A stretch of 41,298 nucleotides of DNA from an uncultured Clostridia bacterium (GTDB taxonomy: Bacteria > Bacillota > Clostridia > Oscillospirales > CAG-272), in contig CANRVI010000002.1 of assembly GCA_947643245.1 (NCBI GenBank), forward strand, positions 1 through 41,298. Direction: 5' to 3'. Below the pieces are notes generated by a model that searched no databases, was not told where the DNA came from, and saw only the letters and a list, made by a program, of their open reading frames with translations. Shown one piece after another: positions 36,005 through 41,298 of the stretch; the stretch's first letter is position 1; every line of letters begins with the position of its first letter. The position numbers were made by a program, and so were the translations under genes.

Positions 36005-38359
36005 TTATACCGTTTCCTTCTTCTTACGAATCAGGACAACTGCTGTACATGCTGCAGCTGCAACTGCTGCTGCAATAAAGATATACATCATGTTGTCGCC
36101 AGTCTGCGGAGGCTTTTTATTATCCCCTGCAGAAGCAGTGGTATCCTCTCCTTCGGGAGCAGTCGTTACAGGAGGTTCCGGTTCCGGATCTGTTCCGTTT
36201 TTGTCAGCCTCATATGCTTTATACAGGGCAAGATATGTTTCATATGCCTCTGCAGCACCAAGCTTAAATTGTGCTAATTCAACGGGAGACAATCCGCCAA
36301 TTGTAGCAATAATTTCTTCCAAAGCTGCTTTGTCAGCGTCTGTCATATCTTCATATGCCGGCAATGCAAGAATTTTTTCTTCCAAGCTAGCCAACAGTTC
36401 ATAATCTACATCTTCTGTGCCAAGAATTTCAACATACTTTGCAACGAGATCATAAAAAGTTTCCGGATAATTCAACGCAATATAATCAGAGTTTATGGAA
36501 TCCTCTTCTTCCATAAGTACGAGAGAATACAACAACTCGATTACCTGTGCTTTTTCTTCTGCTGTCGCTGTATCAGAAGCCAACAGTTTTTCTGCAGCTT
36601 CTAAAAATGCGTTTACTTGATCCATGTCTACTGTATCAGTACCGCCATAAACCAGTTTAAAGAATGCATTCACAAAGTTATCATATGCTTCGGGAACATC
36701 CTGTTTGAGCTGCGGAGCAAAGAAACTGCCCAATATGATCTCATACAGTTCTGTTACTTCATCCAGAGAGTCTTCTGTAATCTCTTCATAATCAGGAAGT
36801 GCTTCCAGACGCGCTATCAGCTCTTTTACCATCATATCCTGCTGATATAGCACATAGTTTGCCGCCAGTGCTGTGAGCGCATCTCCATAATTGTCCAACA
36901 AATACTGCTGGTCTGCAGTGTCTTCAATTGTTTTCATCAATGCTACCAGTTCCAGCATTTCTTCAACCTGGTCTTCTGTCATATCATAGTAGCTTGCAGG
37001 AAGTGCAATAATTCTTGCAGCCAATGCATCCAGTTCCTGTACGCGTGTATATCTGGCATAAGACTCCTGGAGTCTGGTGTAAGCATCGCTGTAATTTTCT
37101 TTAATATAGTTTACGTCTGCTTCAGGCATAGCATCAAGCTGTTCAACCAGTGCAAGCATCTCTTCAATCTGTGCTGCACTCATCTCTGCATATGCAGGCA
37201 GTGCTTCTACTTTTGCACCTACGGCTTTCAGATCCTCAATATGTGCATAAGCAGCCAAAGAAGCTTCAAATCTTGCATAGTCGTCTGCAAAAGTGTTTTT
37301 CACATAGGCCAAATCATCAGCAGCCAGGGCTTCCAGTTCTTCCTGCAAAGCCAGCATTTCAGTGATCTGTGCCTCAGTCATCTGGTCAAAATCCGGCAGG
37401 GCAGCCAATTTCGCGCCATATGCTTTCAATCCTTCCTCGTGCATAAATGCTTCATAGGAAGCTTCCAGGCGTGCAATTGCATCTGCATATGTAGTTTCCA
37501 CATATGTTTTTGCTTCACCTTCCAACGCAGCAAGCTCTGTGCGCAGCGTGAGCATTTCCTGAACCTGTGTTTCGCTCATCTCTGCATATGCAGGCAGCGC
37601 TTCTACTCTTGCACCCAACGCATCCAGTTTTACTTTTTCCTGCGCCCACAAATGTGCAGCATATAATCCATCAATCTTCTCAATTGCATCTGCATGGCTC
37701 TCTGCAAAGTAAGCCGCTGCTCTACCTTCCAGTGCATGAACATCTTCATAAAGGGCCAGCATAGCGGTGATCTGCTCGTCCGTCAATTCGTCATATTCGC
37801 CCAGTGCCAGCACATCAGCTGCCAGTTGATCCAATTCAGTTGTATCAATGGGAACATACTGCGGACACTCGTTGATAATCTCCATTGTGTGCGGAACTTT
37901 AGTTCCATCGTCTGTTACACCAAAAACTTCTTTGGGGTTAATAGACAGATTCACATTGAAGTCTGCATCCTGGTTAAGGATTTCAAAAGTGTAAACAGCA
38001 ACAACACCACTATTTGTATTGTTTACATTATAAGAAACAGACTGCGCATAATATGTTACAGGATTGCTGTTGATATTACCAGCAAGGTATTCCTGTGCAG
38101 ACCACACATCCTTGTTTTCAATGGATGTGAGCTTTAATGCGCTTGCATTGTAACCAACAAAGGTTCTGTAGCACCACAGGCCAGGGTTATTGCCCAGTGT
38201 TACCGTCATAGTCAACGTAGTTTTGTCGTCGCTGATTTCTCCTGTAATATGGGTATATAGATCCGAGTCAGGAAGATCAGCGGCCGTTCCCGGAACAACA
38301 GCTACAAGTCCGGCAACAAGCATTGCTGCAACAACCAGCAATGAAATAAGCTTTTTCAT
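36005..38359 (-). CDS. Sortase-anchored surface protein: signal peptide, cohesin-like module, ~8 helical 66-aa repeats, Pro/Thr linker, PPQTG sorting signal
   Basis: Start set to ATG 38359 (MKKLISLLVVAAMLVAGLVAVVPGTA) because it has a GGAGG SD, and a consensus promoter (38394-38422) occupies the longer tracked ORF. C-terminus: KKPPQTGDN, then a hydrophobic stretch (MMYIFIAAAVAAAACTAVVLI), then RKKKETV. Confidence 0.75.
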   Translation of the reverse strand: MKKLISLLVVAAMLVAGLVAVVPGTAADLPDSDLYTHITGEISDDKTTLTMTVTLGNNPGLWCYRTFVGYNASALKLTSIENKDVWSAQEYLAGNINSNPVTYYAQSVSYNVNNTNSGVVAVYTFEILNQDADFNVNLSINPKEVFGVTDDGTKVPHTMEIINECPQYVPIDTTELDQLAADVLALGEYDELTDEQITAMLALYEDVHALEGRAAAYFAESHADAIEKIDGLYAAHLWAQEKVKLDALGARVEALPAYAEMSETQVQEMLTLRTELAALEGEAKTYVETTYADAIARLEASYEAFMHEEGLKAYGAKLAALPDFDQMTEAQITEMLALQEELEALAADDLAYVKNTFADDYARFEASLAAYAHIEDLKAVGAKVEALPAYAEMSAAQIEEMLALVEQLDAMPEADVNYIKENYSDAYTRLQESYARYTRVQELDALAARIIALPASYYDMTEDQVEEMLELVALMKTIEDTADQQYLLDNYGDALTALAANYVLYQQDMMVKELIARLEALPDYEEITEDSLDEVTELYEIILGSFFAPQLKQDVPEAYDNFVNAFFKLVYGGTDTVDMDQVNAFLEAAEKLLASDTATAEEKAQVIELLYSLVLMEEEDSINSDYIALNYPETFYDLVAKYVEILGTEDVDYELLASLEEKILALPAYEDMTDADKAALEEIIATIGGLSPVELAQFKLGAAEAYETYLALYKAYEADKNGTDPEPEPPVTTAPEGEDTTASAGDNKKPPQTGDNMMYIFIAAAVAAAACTAVVLIRKKKETV
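36008..36112 (-). other. Cell-wall sorting signal (PPQTG, TM segment, basic tail)
   Basis: PPQTG (36098-36112) fits the (S/P)PxTG variant of LPxTG reported for clostridial sortase substrates. It is followed by a 21-aa hydrophobic segment and RKKKETV. Confidence 0.7.
36203..37840 (-). repeat. Tandem coding repeats, ~198 nt (66 aa) period, about 8 copies, diverged
   Basis: The anchor motif A-L-P/G-x-[YF]-x-[EDQ]-[ML]-[TS] recurs at tracked-ORF residues 206, 275, 341, 407, 473, 541 and 686, giving spacings of 69, 66, 66, 66, 68 and 145. A 41-nt segment is 39/41 identical at 37179-37219 and 37575-37615, an offset of 396 nt. Confidence 0.8.
37853..38275 (-). other. Cohesin-like beta-sandwich module (tentative)
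   Basis: LTMTVTLGNNPGLWCYRTFVGYNASALKLTSIENKD...GVVAVYTFEILNQD follows the pattern (V.V.L.NNPG....F.V.Y....L.L) that I associate with cohesin domains of Clostridia. Not verified by HMM. Confidence 0.5.
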
Positions 38360-38393
38360 CTGGATTTTACCTCCAAGTTTTTGATACATTTTT

Positions 38394-38422
38394 ATTATAG
38401 TTGTTTGCAGTCTGAATGTCAA
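38394..38422 (-). promoter_or_regulatory. Consensus sigma-A promoter of the cohesin-repeat protein gene
   Basis: Minus strand reads TTGACA (38417-38422), 17 bp, TATAAT (38394-38399). Confidence 0.6.
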
Positions 38423-38524
38423 GTCATTTTTCTTTTATTTCATTGAAAAATACAAGCATATTTTATAATATTTTGACTTTTTGTCCATTATTTTTTATTG
38501 TTTCCTACAATAGTTATTGAACGT

Positions 38525-38556
38525 AAAAAAGCCTCCACAAATGTGGAGGCTTTTTT
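38525..38556. terminator. Rho-independent terminator after the multi-LamG dockerin gene
   Basis: GCCTCCAC (38531-38538), loop AAAT, GTGGAGGC (38543-38550), flanked by A6 and T6. Confidence 0.85.
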
Positions 38557-38575
38557 CCTACTAAGCTTGTATAAC

Positions 38576-41298
38576 TTAGGCATTTTCCTCTGCAAGATGT
38601 TTTCTGATACGGAGCTGGTCTTTTGCATCAATAGAACCATCAAAGTTCACATCTGCTCTAGACTTAGCAGTAAATCCGTCTTCATCAATAATCTTTGCAA
38701 GATACTGTCTCATAAGAGCAGCATCGGATACAGTGATATCGTTGTCGCCATCTACGTCGCCATTCCAATCCTTGTTCCAGGAGAAGTCACGGCTACCTAT
38801 ATGGAAATCATCCATATCAAATGCTATACCATAGTTCCAGAAGTAGAAAGCATCAATCGCATCAGATCCATATTTGCACTGTGCCCAAGCGTCACGAGGT
38901 GCCATTTCTACAACCTTCACACCATTTACATACAAAGCAAATTCAGAATTCAGTATTCCTTCAGCCGCATCTTCAGGTGTATAGCTTCTTACCTCAAAGT
39001 TGTATTTTTCACCAGGAACCAGCTTAATCTTAGAACTGTCGGTACGCTTGAAAGCGTTATTATAACCTCTGATAAAGAATACTTCATTATCAGCATCGTA
39101 ACCAACCTGTGCCTGACCCAGCGCCTGTTTACCGACATTGAGAGCAAACACGTGACCATAGGACTCAGTTGCCCCAGTATCATAAGTATTGTTGAAAATG
39201 AAATCAAATCCAATGGTAAAGCCGTTATTATTCAGATCAGAACCATTGCGGTTTGTTCCCAGCTTAATACGGTTGTAGTTGCCGTCGCTATCGGTATATC
39301 TAGCAACACCATCTTCAAAGATAAAGGAAACTTCTTCCTTACTGGATGTAATCTGCATAAAGTCATCTGTAAAGTCATGGAAGAATGTCAGCACACCAGT
39401 GTAAGCCTCAACTTCAGGAAGAAATGCAAATCTCTTCTCTGTGCAACCACTGCTTGTTTTACATGTGGTGTAAATAATCTTGTTGCCTTCATCATTTTCT
39501 TCAACACGAGTGAAGTCATAGTCATAGTAGCTATGCTGCAGCTTTGCTACTTCTTTTTTGTCTTCAGTGCCGCCGCAAATATAACATGTATAGGTGTTTG
39601 TACCTTCATCATAGCACTTAGGCTCTGTTGTTCTTGCCCATCTGTACACATGGCCGTTTGCGTTGCAGAAGTCTTCTCCGGTTGCTTTTACATCGTCAAC
39701 CTTTGTATAGTAATCTTCTCCATCACCAATTTCAAATCCATCGGTCTTCTTTGTAAACTCTGCATCATAAATTTTATAGTTATTAATAACAGCAGTACCG
39801 TTATTCATATATAAAATGTTAATTCCATCAAAGAACTGCATGCCTGTATTAGCAGTGTAAACTTCTTCCTGGTCAATATACAGTGTTACACTACCGTATG
39901 CAACAAGAATTGCTACATTATGAAATTTACCAGCCGTCCAAGGAGCCATATTTTTTACAGCTTCAGGAGCACCTGTAGCATCTTCGCCATAGTACCACAG
40001 GTCTTTGCCCTTACCTACAAATTTATCACCAAATTTCACACGGCTATTATCACCGTCTCCCATTTTATTGACAATAAATTCGATCCATGTACCATTGTTG
40101 TACTTGTCGCTGAAGTTCGTAATATTTTCCTGGTCAGGATACAATGCCACGTCAAAAATCACAGCGTAGCTGGCAGCAGTGTAAGCGTTATCCTGGGTGA
40201 GGTATGCAGAGTTCGGTGTTTTCGGATTGGGATTCTTGTCGCTATTAAATCCACTCCGCAGAACAAAGCCTTCACCTCCTACGGTATCAGCGGTAATATG
40301 ATCAAAAAGGTTGATCTCAGGAACTTTATATTCGCCCTGTACCAGACCGTCGCCAGTAAAGGAACCTGCCCAGTCATCACCCTCAAAATCAATTACAGCA
40401 GCATTACCTACTTTAAGGTTATCCATAGCCAGGCCTTCAGCGGTGAAGGTAAAGCCAGTATCTGTAAGAGAAGCACCAGACAGCACAGGGAAATCGTTGC
40501 TTCCAGTTACTTCTACACCGTTTACGAAAATTTGTGTTTTTGTTGTGCCAACAGCATACTCTACATAATACCATTCGTCAGTCTTAAAGGTATAAGCAGC
40601 AGTTTCGCTTCCTACACCAATTGCATCACTGGTGATGGAAATGCCGTCGCCGTTAGATGTCAGTGCTTTTGTTGCATCGCCTGTAAAGCTGATATCAAAG
40701 CCAATTGCATAGGTGCCGTCTTCATTTTTCCAGTTATCACCCGCATTTACAGTGGTAGCAGCCGCTACTTCAGCAGATACCGCATGCTTCAAGCCCAGAC
40801 CACGTCTGTATTCAATACCAGTAATCTTATCGCCGCTAGCCTGCCCTGAGCCCTTCTCTGTTCCATCAAAATCACGTGAAAACTGCGTATCGTTACCATC
40901 GCTCATTGTGATGTTGTCCATAGCGACATTCAAACCGCCGCTAAATAAGGTTTTGATGTGGGGAAGCTGACCGTCTACCGTACCAATCTTCACATCGTTG
41001 ACGAAAATGTCCGTCTTACCTGCTTCAGCGCCGCCGGTTCTTATTTTAATGGAATACTTTGTGTTGATATCAAACGCATAAGGAATCGTTTTGTTTTCCT
41101 TATTTAGCTTGATACCGATTTCTGAAGAAGTAACATACCATCTGTCGTCACTACCATAAGTAGAGTCAGAACCGAGGAATCCATCTTCTGTCAGGAACCA
41201 CAAATCAAAGTGGAAATTGCGGTTCGCGGCAGAAAGACTACCGATCTCCAAATATGTTACTTTTGCAGCAGTCGATCCAAAGGGAACCGTATACACAT
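38576..41298 (-). CDS. Large secreted multi-LamG/concanavalin-like protein with a 4-Cys insert and C-terminal dockerin; 5' end outside the window
   Basis: The ORF is open to the window edge (more than 906 aa). At least four jelly-roll-like units end in the LamG-style strand (DIFVNDVKIG, QIFVNGVEVTG, TLYIDQEEVY, ALYVNGVKVV). C-terminal dockerin DVDGDNDITVSD / DVNFDGSIDAKD. Confidence 0.7.
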   Translation of the reverse strand, partial: VYTVPFGSTAAKVTYLEIGSLSAANRNFHFDLWFLTEDGFLGSDSTYGSDDRWYVTSSEIGIKLNKENKTIPYAFDINTKYSIKIRTGGAEAGKTDIFVNDVKIGTVDGQLPHIKTLFSGGLNVAMDNITMSDGNDTQFSRDFDGTEKGSGQASGDKITGIEYRRGLGLKHAVSAEVAAATTVNAGDNWKNEDGTYAIGFDISFTGDATKALTSNGDGISITSDAIGVGSETAAYTFKTDEWYYVEYAVGTTKTQIFVNGVEVTGSNDFPVLSGASLTDTGFTFTAEGLAMDNLKVGNAAVIDFEGDDWAGSFTGDGLVQGEYKVPEINLFDHITADTVGGEGFVLRSGFNSDKNPNPKTPNSAYLTQDNAYTAASYAVIFDVALYPDQENITNFSDKYNNGTWIEFIVNKMGDGDNSRVKFGDKFVGKGKDLWYYGEDATGAPEAVKNMAPWTAGKFHNVAILVAYGSVTLYIDQEEVYTANTGMQFFDGINILYMNNGTAVINNYKIYDAEFTKKTDGFEIGDGEDYYTKVDDVKATGEDFCNANGHVYRWARTTEPKCYDEGTNTYTCYICGGTEDKKEVAKLQHSYYDYDFTRVEENDEGNKIIYTTCKTSSGCTEKRFAFLPEVEAYTGVLTFFHDFTDDFMQITSSKEEVSFIFEDGVARYTDSDGNYNRIKLGTNRNGSDLNNNGFTIGFDFIFNNTYDTGATESYGHVFALNVGKQALGQAQVGYDADNEVFFIRGYNNAFKRTDSSKIKLVPGEKYNFEVRSYTPEDAAEGILNSEFALYVNGVKVVEMAPRDAWAQCKYGSDAIDAFYFWNYGIAFDMDDFHIGSRDFSWNKDWNGDVDGDNDITVSDAALMRQYLAKIIDEDGFTAKSRADVNFDGSIDAKDQLRIRKHLAEENA
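38597..38767 (-). other. Dockerin type-I-like module (C-terminal)
   Basis: NGDVDGDNDITVSDAALMRQYLAK...RADVNFDGSIDAKDQLRIRKHL. Confidence 0.75.

Noticed and set aside
38498-40849. Two long plus-strand ORFs (438 aa and 309 aa) opposite the multi-LamG gene
   Set aside because: The translations are Ile/Phe/Cys/Val-rich strings with no domain-like pattern. The first one starts inside a terminator/promoter region. The minus strand carries coherent LamG and dockerin sequence, so these are antisense artefacts of codon bias.
1-41298. Search for CRISPR repeats, tRNA/rRNA genes, transposases, integrases, toxin-antitoxin pairs or known defence genes
   Set aside because: None were seen. There are no regularly spaced short repeats, all intergenic regions are under 500 bp and are explained by promoters, terminators or the T-box, and no ORF has recombinase, nuclease or defence-type motifs. 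This was a by-eye scan only; tRNAscan-SE and Rfam would be decisive.

Overview
41.3-kb window that looks like chromosome from a Clostridia-class Firmicute; gene content suggests Oscillospiraceae/Ruminococcaceae, but that is inference only. I count about 33 protein-coding genes. By eye I found no rRNA, tRNA, CRISPR array, transposase or integrase. The backbone is housekeeping: copA (5'-truncated), pfkA, thrS behind a T-box leader, hemW, metY-metA, ireB, ribF, a PBP5-like protein, a cysteine desulfurase and glyA. Accessory content: (1) a Bce-type peptide-antibiotic sensing and detoxification module (OmpR-type RR, intramembrane-sensing HK, ABC ATPase, FtsX-type permease) with candidate RR boxes. 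(2) A MerR/NmlR-type regulator divergent from a flavodoxin-like reductase plus alpha/beta hydrolase operon, with a textbook 19-bp-spacer promoter. (3) A ketose 3-epimerase / PfkB kinase / class II aldolase cassette led by a secreted dockerin-DUF4838 protein. (4) An AT-rich patch with an orphan lipoprotein. The best candidate for an undescribed system is a cohesin-dockerin surface-display set with non-cellulolytic cargo. It comprises a sortase-anchored protein (cohesin-like module on a stalk of about eight 66-aa helical repeats, 36005-38359) and, directly upstream, a >900-aa multi-LamG protein with a C-terminal dockerin (38576 to window end). Two further enzymes carry N-terminal dockerins: a compact alkaline phosphatase (23098-24714) and the DUF4838 protein (29727-31766). 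Smaller sequence-level oddities: a CopZ-like domain fused to the CopA C-terminus that keeps its own SD and ATG; a PBP5-like protein with SxxK intact but SxN and KTG degenerate; and an alkaline phosphatase lacking one Zn ligand. All calls come from reading the translations and hand-folding RNA. No database search or computation was run.
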